A DNA stretch of 64,000 nt, taken from the IMG/VR virus record IMGVR_UViG_3300020172_001601, positions 1 to 64,000 of that record; one strand, 5' to 3'. Every line of letters begins with the position of its first letter. Position 1 is the first letter of the stretch. A program made the translations under genes and the position numbers. Below the pieces are notes generated by a model, which was given only the letters and a program-made list of their open reading frames with translations, searched no databases and was not told where the DNA came from. Positions 44,861 to 55,091 of the stretch are shown piece by piece.

Positions 44861-46498
44861 ATGTGGATCACTGCATTCGATAGTTTGAACCTTAATATTT
44901 TTGATGGCGGCGCTGTTGGCGGCGGCACAGCAGATGTATCGGTTGTTTATGGTTCTTTGGCATCGGGCGGTGCTGTTGCTGGTGGAACAGCCCTTAACTC
45001 GGTTGTTTATGGCAATGCGTCATCTGGTGGTGCTATTGGTGGTGGCGAGGGCGGGCTAACCGCTGAGTACAGTTACTTCCCAGATGGCGGGGAAGTTTTA
45101 ACTGGTGGCGAAGCTCTAACCGGCTTTTCTCTCATATTTGATCTTGAGCTTCAGTGGCAAACCAGAGCCACGATTGAGATCGACAAAGAGTTCTCCTGGA
45201 ACACAGGGCTGTTGCCTCTACGATGGTATCGAGTGCAAGGTTGCTGTGTGTTCCCCACGTCAGCAGGCGATGGCATTGGCGCTGGTCAGCCGGGCGGTTG
45301 CGATATAACAGGCATCCAAACTGATGACAACAGTTGCGTAGGAGCTACAGGTAAGCAGCAGTTCATTCAGAACCTCGTTGGCAGCAGCGTTTCGGATATT
45401 TGCCAGCAACTTACAGACAGCAGATTGAATTGGGAAATATGCAGCATCAAGCAATGGAGTCGGCCTGCCGATGGCAGACTTGTTCCTCCAGACGATCAGT
45501 GCAATACATTGACCGAAGTGCCGTTCTGCGAAATTCCTGAATGTCTAAATTTCTGTATTCACACGAATTCAATAACCAACATTGGTGTTACCACATACGT
45601 CATTGAATCGTTTGCTTCTTATATTGCATCTGGCGGTGCAGTAACGGGTGGAGAAGCTCTAACAAGTATTGTCGGTGGCGGCGATACAAATCAGTCATTC
45701 TTTGAATACTTCCCAGATGGTGGCGAAGTGTTGACTGGTGGCGAGGCGTTAACTTCATCTTCGTGGGAAAACGAGTTGTTGACTACGATTGGAGTCACAA
45801 CATACGTTGAAAACCTCGAAGCTGTATTTGGCGCAGGAACAGAAGGGCCTGTGTTGGAGTTGCCTACAATAGTCATAGGCACAAGTTGTGGTTCTTGCGA
45901 TTCGATGCCGGTGGTGTTGTATTTATTCCACAATTTAGCCAACGAAAACGTGTTGGTGAACTACATGCAACGAAATGGATTGGAGTTGCCTAACCCATTG
46001 CCTATGCACTATAGTTCAAGATTGCAATCGTGGGTTGCCAACTTCCACATGACTGGCACCAGTGACGATAATTTAGGCAGCACAGAGACTTGGAGATTTT
46101 CATTTGAGTGGGCATGTGTTAATTCATTTGGTGGCGATGAACTAGGGTCTTCTTCTTGGAAGTTCTCTATGCTTGTTGTTCGCAAGAATGAATTCAGTGG
46201 CATTGATTTCGACACGAGAAACGTGGTTATTTTCCCGCCTGAGCAAATTTGCTTGACGAGTCAAAATTTAGGCTTTGATTTCTCTTTTAAGCTCAACACA
46301 TTGACCAAGTTCGTTTCAAACGACTCGGATATTGTGCCGAATATGACTTTGTTGACGGATAATATCGGATTATTCAAATCCAAGTTTTGGGCAAAGACGC
46401 CGAACTTCACAATTCGTTTGTCCAGGGGAATTACAACAACCGCTGTGCAGCGTCAGGATATTTATCCTATATTCCCTCAAGTGGTCTTGTCGCAATAA
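44861..46498 (+). CDS. Putative virion structural protein, Gly/Cys-rich with internal repeats
   Basis: YFPDGGEVLTGGEALT occurs twice; ASGGAV.GG.AL repeats; ATACATA 4 nt before ATG. Confidence 0.65.
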   Translation: MWITAFDSLNLNIFDGGAVGGGTADVSVVYGSLASGGAVAGGTALNSVVYGNASSGGAIGGGEGGLTAEYSYFPDGGEVLTGGEALTGFSLIFDLELQWQTRATIEIDKEFSWNTGLLPLRWYRVQGCCVFPTSAGDGIGAGQPGGCDITGIQTDDNSCVGATGKQQFIQNLVGSSVSDICQQLTDSRLNWEICSIKQWSRPADGRLVPPDDQCNTLTEVPFCEIPECLNFCIHTNSITNIGVTTYVIESFASYIASGGAVTGGEALTSIVGGGDTNQSFFEYFPDGGEVLTGGEALTSSSWENELLTTIGVTTYVENLEAVFGAGTEGPVLELPTIVIGTSCGSCDSMPVVLYLFHNLANENVLVNYMQRNGLELPNPLPMHYSSRLQSWVANFHMTGTSDDNLGSTETWRFSFEWACVNSFGGDELGSSSWKFSMLVVRKNEFSGIDFDTRNVVIFPPEQICLTSQNLGFDFSFKLNTLTKFVSNDSDIVPNMTLLTDNIGLFKSKFWAKTPNFTIRLSRGITTTAVQRQDIYPIFPQVVLSQ

Positions 46499-46512
46499 TT
46501 TAAGGGTGAAAT

Positions 46513-46911
46513 ATGGAATTGATATTGTTGATCTGTTTGACCGTTATATCGGTTCTCAATTTGATATTCCTTGCTGCCATCGGCCTTTTTCTGGTGAGGT
46601 TTCGAGATCGAGTCAACAATATTTTTGCTGATTTAATCGAAGCCCTTGAGGTTATGTGGGGAGCCGTGCCGGTGCCTGCTGCTCCTGAATCTGAACCTGA
46701 ACGTCCAAAAACGTGGGATGAAAAATATGAAGAGGAGCTTGAGTCGATAACAAGACGGCTTCGTGGCGATTCTGGTCTTCGAGATTTGCCCGATCCAGTT
46801 CTCTCTTGGGGAGAACCACCTGCATTGAATACACAAAATACAGATGGTCTGTCGATCAAAGATATAGCAAAATCTCCAATGAACGCTAACAGACTTGATC
46901 GGCCTGAATAG
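46513..46911 (+). CDS. Membrane-anchored hypothetical protein
   Basis: N-terminal TM. Confidence 0.7.
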   Translation: MELILLICLTVISVLNLIFLAAIGLFLVRFRDRVNNIFADLIEALEVMWGAVPVPAAPESEPERPKTWDEKYEEELESITRRLRGDSGLRDLPDPVLSWGEPPALNTQNTDGLSIKDIAKSPMNANRLDRPE

Positions 46912-46947
46912 ATGCCGTAATATCCTGGATGGAGCTTGGAGAATCAC

Positions 46948-47949
46948 ATGGCATATTCGGTTGTAAAGTATAAAAAGTTCGTTAGCCAACGTAGATTTGG
47001 AGTCGAGCTTGAAACAGGCAATACGCTTACAAAAGCGAAGGTCAAGTCTGTACTCAAGACGTTATCTGAGCGTACTTCTTTTATCACCAAGTATCAGTTG
47101 AGTGGTGACAACCCTTCTTGGCATGTGAAGGATGATGCGACGTGCGGTCCTCTGGGCAGATTAGGCCCCAAGGGGGTTGAAATAGCGTCCTTTGTAGGCA
47201 AGGGCATAAATGACCTTCAACACATCGCCGATGTCGCTGAGGGCCTTTATAGGGCCGGTTGCAGGGTCAACGACAACTGTGGTCTTCACGTTCATGCTGA
47301 AGCGAAAGATTTGACGACGGCCCAGGTTGGCGTCATTATTGCACATTGGGTTAAGATCGAACCCATTCTCTCTATGGCAATGCCATTGCGACGGTTTGAG
47401 AATCCATATTGTCGAAGTTTGAGAAAGACTAAACTTGACGCATCTCTTCGTTGGAGCGGAGAGGATATATGGGAAATTTTCAAACCCAACAACTTGAACT
47501 TTTACGAGAATGAAGATCGGCGTATGACCTTGAACTTGGTCAACTATGCACGAGCCATTCAATACGACAGCACTCATCGCAAGACGTTGGAGCTTCGCTG
47601 GCCTGAAGGCACATTAGACGGACGAGATGTTCGCTGTTGGGTGAGACTCTTTTTGAGTTTCATCGACACCTGCAAAGATCGTCCGATGCCATCCAACTTG
47701 TACACGGCGAACTTATCTGATGCTCTTACATATCTTGGCATGAATCACGACAAAGATTCATTTGTTATTTTTAGCGAAGGTCTGCATGATACCAAGACAT
47801 GGTTTTTGGAAAGAATAATTCAGTACGGCAGTAGCGAATTGTGCATGGCTTTGCATGGACATCCGGCAATCAATACTCCAGGAGATTCTGTCAAGGAGGC
47901 CAAAAAGATATTGAATCTGATGTGGTCGCCTGTCAAAAAATACGCCTGA
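46948..47949 (+). CDS. Putative amidoligase (phage COOH-NH2 ligase family)
   Basis: RRFGVELET, WHVKDDAT, EIAS, CGLHVH, TLELRWPEGTLD. Confidence 0.85.
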   Translation: MAYSVVKYKKFVSQRRFGVELETGNTLTKAKVKSVLKTLSERTSFITKYQLSGDNPSWHVKDDATCGPLGRLGPKGVEIASFVGKGINDLQHIADVAEGLYRAGCRVNDNCGLHVHAEAKDLTTAQVGVIIAHWVKIEPILSMAMPLRRFENPYCRSLRKTKLDASLRWSGEDIWEIFKPNNLNFYENEDRRMTLNLVNYARAIQYDSTHRKTLELRWPEGTLDGRDVRCWVRLFLSFIDTCKDRPMPSNLYTANLSDALTYLGMNHDKDSFVIFSEGLHDTKTWFLERIIQYGSSELCMALHGHPAINTPGDSVKEAKKILNLMWSPVKKYA

Positions 47950-48021
47950 CCTTTAACTTGAATGACTACAACTACACTATATAATTCACTGTGACTTTCA
48001 CTTACTTTCTAGGACTTTCAA

Positions 48022-48564
48022 ATGACAAATTTTACAACAACGGAGCGACATGCGCTCGTATTGGATCACGTTTCTTTGGCTGAAAAGATTGCCAAAAGCA
48101 GAAAAAAGAAACTTACGCAAGTTTCTTATGATGAGTTGAAATCGGCGGCGTATTTAGGGTTGGTTGAGGCTGCTGCACACTATAATCCGCAGGAAAACGA
48201 CTGTTTCCCAGCGTATGCAGTATGGCGAATTATTGGAGCGGTAAGGGATTATCTCCGAGAACTATCTTGGGGTCCACGTTCCAACCCGGTAAAGATGGTA
48301 GAAATTTTTGTTTTTGAAGAACACATCTTTGACCAAGAAATAGTAGATCGTGCCGGATTTTTCGAGAACGTGATTAGGCAGTTACCAACCGTAAACAAAA
48401 CTGTTCTGAAACTTTACTATCAGGAAGGAATGAAGATTAAGGAAATCGCCAGCGATTTAGGTGTTCACCAATCGAGGGTATCCCAAATTCTATCCGACTC
48501 CCGACTAAAACTGAAGAACATATGGAAAGAGCAGCAGGCTGAATTATGGGCCGCAGCAGCGTAA
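48022..48564 (+). CDS. Sigma70-family sigma factor (FliA/WhiG-like regions 2 and 4)
   Basis: DELKSAAYLGLVEAA..Y, FPAYAVWRIIGAVRDYLR, LYYQEGMKIKEIASDLGVHQSRVSQI. Confidence 0.9.
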   Translation: MTNFTTTERHALVLDHVSLAEKIAKSRKKKLTQVSYDELKSAAYLGLVEAAAHYNPQENDCFPAYAVWRIIGAVRDYLRELSWGPRSNPVKMVEIFVFEEHIFDQEIVDRAGFFENVIRQLPTVNKTVLKLYYQEGMKIKEIASDLGVHQSRVSQILSDSRLKLKNIWKEQQAELWAAAA

Positions 48565-48586
48565 ATATGGTCATCAGGGAGGGATC

Positions 48587-49492
48587 ATGAAAAATTACAT
48601 AGGACTGTTAGTATTGGTAATTGCCTTCGGCTTTGCAGCAGTTGGGCCAAATAGTGTTGGCTCAATTGCTCAAGCCCAAGACGTAATCTATCCATATGGG
48701 GCGGCTGTTCCTACAGACCCAGACCTCAAGAATTTGGAGTGGAACCGATACACGGCAGATAACATTGTCATCTTGAGCATTGACAATGAACAAGGCAAAT
48801 GGCTTGGCGATAATATTGACAAGGTTCGTTCTTGGTGCTTGACTCGTTGGGGATTTCCAGAATCCAAGTTCACAAAAGAATGTCGTATTTTCTGCGTGCC
48901 AAATAAAGAGCTATTCAAGAAGCTGTTCAATTTGGAGCAGTCCAAAGTTGAACTGCGCAAAGACATGACGGTGATATGGGTTGTGTTGGACGACAAGCCA
49001 GCTAAGACTCTCCCACCATTGCTGACGCAAATCTGCCTCGCTGAGTTCGAGGCCAAATACAACGTAAAGATTGGTTGGTGGTTTAAGCGTGGCGCTTCCC
49101 AACTCAATGGTTCTGTTCCCGATATACGACAAAGCGTGTCTGGGCTGAACGATATGTTGAAAAAAGACCAGCCGATATTCGTGAGCGAAAAGATGTTCAC
49201 GATGACCGAAGAAGACTATCTGAAAGAAAGCGTCGAGAACAGAAAGATGTTCGATCAAGAGGCAATTGCTTTGTGCATTATGCTTCGGAAAGAATTTGGA
49301 GAAGCAAAGCTGCAAGGGTTTTTGCGAATCGCAAGTAGGAACAACTCACAGGATGTGCTGAAAGTTGTTTATGGCTTCAGTGGATATGGGCATTTTGATA
49401 GGCAGTACATTAGGTTCATGCGAGACTTGACCTCAGATGTGCTAAATAACAAGACGCCAGATTCATATCTGGAAATCAGACCAGTTCGTTAA
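48587..49492 (+). CDS. Secreted peptidase-MA-like protein with degenerate zinc motif
   Basis: Signal peptide; LPPLLTQICL...IGWWFKRGAS aligns with the family pattern LPHE.TH..L...PRW..EG.A. Confidence 0.5.
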   Translation: MKNYIGLLVLVIAFGFAAVGPNSVGSIAQAQDVIYPYGAAVPTDPDLKNLEWNRYTADNIVILSIDNEQGKWLGDNIDKVRSWCLTRWGFPESKFTKECRIFCVPNKELFKKLFNLEQSKVELRKDMTVIWVVLDDKPAKTLPPLLTQICLAEFEAKYNVKIGWWFKRGASQLNGSVPDIRQSVSGLNDMLKKDQPIFVSEKMFTMTEEDYLKESVENRKMFDQEAIALCIMLRKEFGEAKLQGFLRIASRNNSQDVLKVVYGFSGYGHFDRQYIRFMRDLTSDVLNNKTPDSYLEIRPVR

Positions 49493-49501
49493 GGAGGATT
49501 T

Positions 49502-49801
49502 ATGTTTTCACTTTTGATTTGGATTGTCTTCGGCCTTATTGTGGGCCTTATTGCAAAAGCATTGCATCCCGGCGATGAGCCTGTGGGATGCCTATCTACC
49601 ATCGGCATTGGCGTAGGTGGATCGTTTATCGGCGGCGGCATTAACTGGATGTTAGGCATGGGCAACCATTCATTTCATCCATCGGGATTCTTAATGTCTA
49701 TTCTTGGTGGCATTGTTTGCTGCATGGCATGGCGTTGGTATACGCTCAAGACTTCTCCGACCGGGCCTAAAAATTTCTTTACAGGCAAACGATTGAAGTA
49801 A
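49502..49801 (+). CDS. GlsB/YeaQ/YmgE (transglycosylase-associated) membrane protein
   Basis: WIVFGLIVGLIAKALHPG...TIGIGVGGSFIGG...SILG. Confidence 0.88.
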   Translation: MFSLLIWIVFGLIVGLIAKALHPGDEPVGCLSTIGIGVGGSFIGGGINWMLGMGNHSFHPSGFLMSILGGIVCCMAWRWYTLKTSPTGPKNFFTGKRLK

Positions 49802-49839
49802 GTCTTGATTCAAGTTTACTCGTGGGGTAATATTCAATT

Positions 49840-50070
49840 ATGTTAGACCCTACAATCATCGAAAAACTTCGGGAGCGTTATCCCGATCTTCACCCGTTGC
49901 TTTTTCATCGTTCCGTGGAGCGTGCAAAGAGCAACGGTGATTTATTTGATATACTGGATACTATGCCCAAAAAATATCCTTTGATATGGTGTGAAGACAC
50001 TTATCGGTGGGTCACAGCTAAAGAGTTGTACTTATCTGAAGAATTTTTTGGAGAGATGAAAAGTGAATAG
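49840..50070 (+). CDS. Hypothetical protein
   Basis: Preceded by TTGATT-N17-TAATAT, 6 nt before the ATG. Confidence 0.7.
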   Translation: MLDPTIIEKLRERYPDLHPLLFHRSVERAKSNGDLFDILDTMPKKYPLIWCEDTYRWVTAKELYLSEEFFGEMKSE

Positions 50071-50731
50071 CACTCTGTTTCTATTGGTAGCAACATTGCC
50101 AATCACGCAATGTCAAGATGTATACTACGGACCTGTCGTCTATGGCCCACCAATTGTGTGCGCTCCCGCCGATTACAATAACATCCACTATTCCGGTACA
50201 GTATACAGCAAAAAGTATGTCACTGCGGTAATGGATGACGGACAAAAAATGTCCGTGCCAGTAATCAATGGTCTTCTGCCATCTGTTAATTACAAGCGTC
50301 TCCCCAGCGGTGGGATGCAAAGAGACTTCTGGTATGATGAAGGCTTTAAGCATGGTGGCGAGGCCGTTGTTGAATATGGCCCAAATGAAAAGAAAAAAGT
50401 GGTTGTGCCTCCGAAGGCAAGTTACTCAGAAGATTTACCACTTTCTAAGAAGGCTGGCATTCGTGAAGAAAGCAGCCTTGATGACCCGCCCGCCCGTCCC
50501 CCAGCCAAGGCTAGGGTGAGAGAAGATGATGAGTCGCCGCCCAAGAAGGTGCAAATGCCTGATCCTAAGATTCAGCAATTACAGGATTCAATTGGTGAGC
50601 TTCAGAAGACTGTTGTTGAATTGAGAGAAGCGGTCAAGAAGCAACAGGCTCCGGTTGTTCCTGAGCCAAAAAAGGTTGAGGCTCCTTCGCCAATGAAAAA
50701 GCCGTCTGAATTCGATAAAGAACCAAAGTGA
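50063..50731 (+). CDS. Hypothetical secreted protein with Pro/Lys-rich tail
   Basis: GTG start with GGAG RBS; hydrophobic N-terminus. Confidence 0.65.
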   Translation: MNSTLFLLVATLPITQCQDVYYGPVVYGPPIVCAPADYNNIHYSGTVYSKKYVTAVMDDGQKMSVPVINGLLPSVNYKRLPSGGMQRDFWYDEGFKHGGEAVVEYGPNEKKKVVVPPKASYSEDLPLSKKAGIREESSLDDPPARPPAKARVREDDESPPKKVQMPDPKIQQLQDSIGELQKTVVELREAVKKQQAPVVPEPKKVEAPSPMKKPSEFDKEPK

Positions 50732-50734
50732 ATA

Positions 50735-51373
50735 ATGCGGCCATACGAAGAGTATTTTAAGCGACATTCAATCGCTGATGTTCCTGTGGCGCATCACTGC
50801 TCTGCCGGGTCATTGATTTTACGAACCACCGATCCTTCTATTTGGAAGAGTCGGTGGGTTCTCGTTTCTATGCGGTGGGAGAACCACGACCACCATCCAG
50901 GCCAATACCAAATTGGGATCAACTATCCAATTCACGATGGATACATCAACGATCAGTTGTTCACTCAATCGCCATCCATAGCAAAGAAGTGGCATGAATA
51001 TGAAGATTTTTTTCTTGATTGGAGTGGCAACCTTAAAGCAGCCGTGCCAGTGATTGGCCCACATGAAGTTGTGTTGGCAGCATGGGAAATGTTTGTTTTT
51101 TCTTACGATAGCTGGTTCATCAAGCAGCCCTACGAAATCAAAAGATCGTTATTTGAAGGGCTGGACAAAGACAATCCAATACATCATCGGTATCAACATT
51201 ACCAGGATGTTGCTATATTTCTTTCAACACACCATCCGGCAGTATTGCGTGCGTGGAAATACGAAGTGCTGGCTCGTGTGCAGAATTATTCTGATTGGTT
51301 GGCTGCAATCGTAGATAAGAAATGCAAATTGGAAGAGAAAAATATTCGCCCGTTCAAATTAGAAATCCCATAA
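50735..51373 (+). CDS. Hypothetical protein
   Basis: 212-aa ORF in the operon. Confidence 0.7.
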   Translation: MRPYEEYFKRHSIADVPVAHHCSAGSLILRTTDPSIWKSRWVLVSMRWENHDHHPGQYQIGINYPIHDGYINDQLFTQSPSIAKKWHEYEDFFLDWSGNLKAAVPVIGPHEVVLAAWEMFVFSYDSWFIKQPYEIKRSLFEGLDKDNPIHHRYQHYQDVAIFLSTHHPAVLRAWKYEVLARVQNYSDWLAAIVDKKCKLEEKNIRPFKLEIP

Positions 51374-52197
51374 GCCGGGAGCATCTTGTTCGTTTACTGC
51401 CTAAACAGAAGCTCCACCTTGTCTTTACCAAACCTGAATTCAGGTCTTGTAGTGTAAATATTTCCGGCGATTTTCTAAAGCTGGATGACATAGAGCAAGT
51501 CAAGAACGGATGGGTCGCCTCAATATCACAATCATGGGACATTGAGGAGATCATCAACACTAGCCTGTACCTCGGCGAAGTCAATGTGATGGGTGCCGAT
51601 GGTCTTGTGGCTTCTCTCTGTGTTGTTTCTGACGTTGCCAATGCCGACTGCTTACGAGTTGTTCAACCGACCATAAATCAATTCAGGCTCGAACCACATC
51701 AGGTTTTAGATGTGTTGTTTTATTCGCCGGAATGGGGCGACCAATGGGTTTGCACGGCTGGTGCCGGACAATTGAAGATGGAGCAAATTGACCAATGTTC
51801 TCGGACTTTTGGAGGATTTGATGCTCCGGTTTTGCCAAGTGGCGATCAATGGCCGGTGGAGGAACACTACTTTAGATTTAGACTAGACGCTTCAAGTATT
51901 GAACTGATTCAGAGTCTACCACATGGTCGCTATGATGGAGGAAGTCTTTCCTTTTTCAAAACCAATGGCACCCTAAATCGGTCAAACATACAGATTGTGT
52001 TAAACTGGCGTGACAAAAAAACTACCGTATACAAAGCATTACTACTCCCAAAAAATGCCCAATGTGGAGTCAAATCTCAATATAAACAGCAAAACAAGAA
52101 GTCAAAACACGCAATACAGTCCACAATTGTTTTGAAAAAGATAGAATGTGATGAGATGGACGCAGGGTGTAATGTTATTTTTACCAAATGTCGTTGA
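51322..52197 (+). CDS. Hypothetical protein
   Basis: 291-aa ORF; start uncertain. Confidence 0.65.
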   Translation: MQIGREKYSPVQIRNPISREHLVRLLPKQKLHLVFTKPEFRSCSVNISGDFLKLDDIEQVKNGWVASISQSWDIEEIINTSLYLGEVNVMGADGLVASLCVVSDVANADCLRVVQPTINQFRLEPHQVLDVLFYSPEWGDQWVCTAGAGQLKMEQIDQCSRTFGGFDAPVLPSGDQWPVEEHYFRFRLDASSIELIQSLPHGRYDGGSLSFFKTNGTLNRSNIQIVLNWRDKKTTVYKALLLPKNAQCGVKSQYKQQNKKSKHAIQSTIVLKKIECDEMDAGCNVIFTKCR

Positions 52198-52247
52198 TTG
52201 TCTGGCTAAATAAACAGATAATGCCACCTGTAGAGAGCGAGGGTAAC

Positions 52248-52886
52248 ATGAAGGCATCGTTTGGAGAAGTAAAAAAATTCAAGTGTCATGTTCAGCCTCC
52301 TGTTGGCAATTATGCTTTGGAGGCCGAGCCGCCCAAAGATGTGCATTGGGATCATTGTCGAGAGCAGTTTGCCGCTAAGTTCAATGAGTTGACTCCTGGG
52401 TTTTATTTTTCGCACCCTGTAGGCAAGTCACATGATGTGGGAGAGTTTCTTGCTAAATTTGAAACCATCATTGGATTGACTGCTTTTTCGACGTTTTCCA
52501 AGACCGAAAAAGAATCGGTGCTTTGGATCGTGCCAGCCGCATTCTGGACGAATTGTCAAATGAAGAGATCGTTGATGACGATTATTCTTCGCTGTGGGAT
52601 CAACTACGATTCTGCCAAAGACAATTTCGACGATGCTTTATTTGGTGAATACAAAGAAACCACTTATGTAAAAGAAACCCGATCAGCAATGCTTCGTTTT
52701 ATGTTTGGTTTCACGAAATTCACTGGCACCCTCAATCCAATAACTTCTACCAGTTCAGTGATAAAGCATGGCTGGCGTGAAGAGTTTCAAAAATTAGACG
52801 ATTCAACTATTCGCCGCCGACTGGTTCTCCCAGAAGGAGCGGCTAGAGAATCAAGCATCATAGGCGTGGAGTCTCTTTGGACATGA
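52248..52886 (+). CDS. Hypothetical protein, paralog of 8950..9510
   Basis: WDHCREQF, FYFSH, STFSKT, KRSLMTIILRCG.NY...KDNFDDALF, GW..EF; start 52221 or 52248; CTAAATA at 52206. Confidence 0.75.
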   Translation: MKASFGEVKKFKCHVQPPVGNYALEAEPPKDVHWDHCREQFAAKFNELTPGFYFSHPVGKSHDVGEFLAKFETIIGLTAFSTFSKTEKESVLWIVPAAFWTNCQMKRSLMTIILRCGINYDSAKDNFDDALFGEYKETTYVKETRSAMLRFMFGFTKFTGTLNPITSTSSVIKHGWREEFQKLDDSTIRRRLVLPEGAARESSIIGVESLWT

Positions 52887-53185
52887 AATCATTAACAGAA
52901 TCAACATTTGATACAGATGTTACCGCCGATTCAAATTGGCTGGTTATGTTTTGGGCCGCTTGGTGTGGACCTTGTATTGACGTGAAATATCTCGAAGAAT
53001 TTGAAGTGGTCACTCCTGGCACCCTTGTTGGTCGGGTCAATGTTGAGGAAAACCCAGATTTAGCAGCCACTTACTCTATTGTTGCTGTCCCTACTTATGT
53101 CCTTTTTAAGCATGGACAGCCAGTCAAACGGTTGATCGGTTTGCAAACAAAAGAGTCGCTTCAAGAAGCTGTTAGATCACAATGA
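52883..53185 (+). CDS. trxA: Thioredoxin
   Basis: FWAAWCGPC, VNVEENP, VPT. Confidence 0.9.
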   Translation: MKSLTESTFDTDVTADSNWLVMFWAAWCGPCIDVKYLEEFEVVTPGTLVGRVNVEENPDLAATYSIVAVPTYVLFKHGQPVKRLIGLQTKESLQEAVRSQ

Positions 53186-54231
53186 AAAGAGTTTTACTTA
53201 CTGGCGTCGGTGGTTTCATCGGCGCTCACTGCGTTGAATATTTCCTCAAAAACACAGATTGGTTCATAATCGGTTTGGATTCCTTCAGACACAAAGGAAC
53301 GTATTCCAGGTTGTCTGAAATAGAAAATCTTGATCCATCCCGATTTCAATTGTTAAGGCATGATCTTTCAGTTCCTCTTGATGTTCAGCTTGAAAACAGA
53401 ATCATGTCTCGTCGCATTGGCGACCGTGGGCAGACAGTTGAAGCAAAGCTCGACTACATCATCAATATGGCCTCTGATAGTGCTGTAGAGCGGTCTGTGA
53501 GCGATCCCGGCTGGTGCTGGCGAAACAATTGCGAACTCGCTTACAACATGCTTGAGTTCGCTCGTCGTGTTAAGCCAAAGATATTCTTTCATGTCAGCAC
53601 TGATGAAGTGTATGGCGACTGTCCAGAAGACTATTCTCATCCAGAGTGGGATGTGATTGTGCCATCGAATCCATATGCTGCTTCTAAGGCGGCACAAGAG
53701 GCTCTGGCAATTTCTTATTGGCGAACTTTTGATGTTCCTGTAGTTTTGACCAATTGCATGAACTGCATTGGTACATGGCAAGACAAAGAAAAGTTCCTTC
53801 CTAAGTTGATTTGGAAAATAGCCACAGATCAACAAATGGAAATTTACGCCGATACGAAGCCAGATGGCGAGTGTGTGATTGGCAGCAGGTTTTATCTACA
53901 TTGTGACAATCACGCTGACGTATTCAAGTATTTGGCGAGTAAACCAATTGCCATGTACAACAAAGGCGATCAAAGACCTGACAGATACAATGTCGTTGGC
54001 GAAGTGGAACTAGACAACTTAGAAATGGCAAAGTTGGTTGCTCAAATCATGGGCAAAGATTTGAAGTGTAAGTTGGTTCCTTCTGAATCTGCTCGGCGTG
54101 GTTATGATCGTCGATATGCTTTAGATGGAAGTAAACTCAAAAACATGGGCTGGACTCCACCTGTTGAATTTCGCAAGGGATTAGAAGACATCGTTAAATG
54201 GACTCTGGAGCATCCGTGGTGGGTAGTCTAG
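53182..54231 (+). CDS. rmlB: dTDP-glucose 4,6-dehydratase-like extended SDR
   Basis: TGVGGFIG, STDEVYG, PSNPYAASKA, EKFLPK, DRRYALD. Confidence 0.88.
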   Translation: MKRVLLTGVGGFIGAHCVEYFLKNTDWFIIGLDSFRHKGTYSRLSEIENLDPSRFQLLRHDLSVPLDVQLENRIMSRRIGDRGQTVEAKLDYIINMASDSAVERSVSDPGWCWRNNCELAYNMLEFARRVKPKIFFHVSTDEVYGDCPEDYSHPEWDVIVPSNPYAASKAAQEALAISYWRTFDVPVVLTNCMNCIGTWQDKEKFLPKLIWKIATDQQMEIYADTKPDGECVIGSRFYLHCDNHADVFKYLASKPIAMYNKGDQRPDRYNVVGEVELDNLEMAKLVAQIMGKDLKCKLVPSESARRGYDRRYALDGSKLKNMGWTPPVEFRKGLEDIVKWTLEHPWWVV

Positions 54232-55091
54232 GTTTATTGCCGAACAAAGTGGCTTTTCCTCCTCGTGAAAACTGGCTCAGGCAGCTAGTGCATCACGAGC
54301 AAGACGATTACCATCGTGGATTTTACCAATACTTTGTGAATACGGCTGTGTATGCAGGGCTTGAAGTCATTTGTGATGATAGCTTGGGAGCCATCAGTAA
54401 CCAAGCTATTTCGTTTGTTGTGGACGGCATTAAGTGCGCTTACGATATTTCTGATTATAGCGTTATTCAACCACAAGCCTGGAGCGGTGAATTCAAATGT
54501 TACTTTATGATTCATCATCTGCCTGTATTTGATGTTTACCCTAATCTTGGATCGGTCCCGCAGCAGTCCTTTTTTGATTGGGATGAATACAATCTATTGG
54601 TTGAAGGTCAGTATGATTGTTCTTCAGACTTGATTTTGCATTGTCAAAATTTAGGGCAGATAGCTCGCCGGAAGTTGGCCAGAAAGATATTGGTTGACAA
54701 AGGCTATAACTTAACTACAGAATGTTGGCCGATTTCTGATTTTTGGAAGCTGGGACAAAAATGCTGCGCCAGCGTCCACATCCCTGGGTCTACTCCTCAC
54801 ATACTGGATCGAGGGCAACTTCAATTGATGGCGATGGGAGTTTGCACTGTGTCGCCAAATATCTATTGTTCATTGGGCGAACTTCGACCTGAACCCAATA
54901 TTCATTATGTTTGTGTTCGAGATGACTTTTCTAATCTGATTGAAAAAGTAGATTGGTGTTTGGCCAATCCAACACGTTGTATTGAGATTGGGCAAAATGC
55001 CAAGAAGTTGTTTAATGATTCTTGCACACCACATGCCATATGGAAATACATCAAGAAGCGTATCTCGCCAACCATTAAGATGTTCGCTTAG
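54198..55091 (+). CDS. Glycosyltransferase-like protein (GT90/CgeB-like C-terminus)
   Basis: P..HYV.V.DDFSNLIEK.DWC..NP....EIG.NA motif; start uncertain. Confidence 0.6.
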   Translation: MDSGASVVGSLGLLPNKVAFPPRENWLRQLVHHEQDDYHRGFYQYFVNTAVYAGLEVICDDSLGAISNQAISFVVDGIKCAYDISDYSVIQPQAWSGEFKCYFMIHHLPVFDVYPNLGSVPQQSFFDWDEYNLLVEGQYDCSSDLILHCQNLGQIARRKLARKILVDKGYNLTTECWPISDFWKLGQKCCASVHIPGSTPHILDRGQLQLMAMGVCTVSPNIYCSLGELRPEPNIHYVCVRDDFSNLIEKVDWCLANPTRCIEIGQNAKKLFNDSCTPHAIWKYIKKRISPTIKMFA

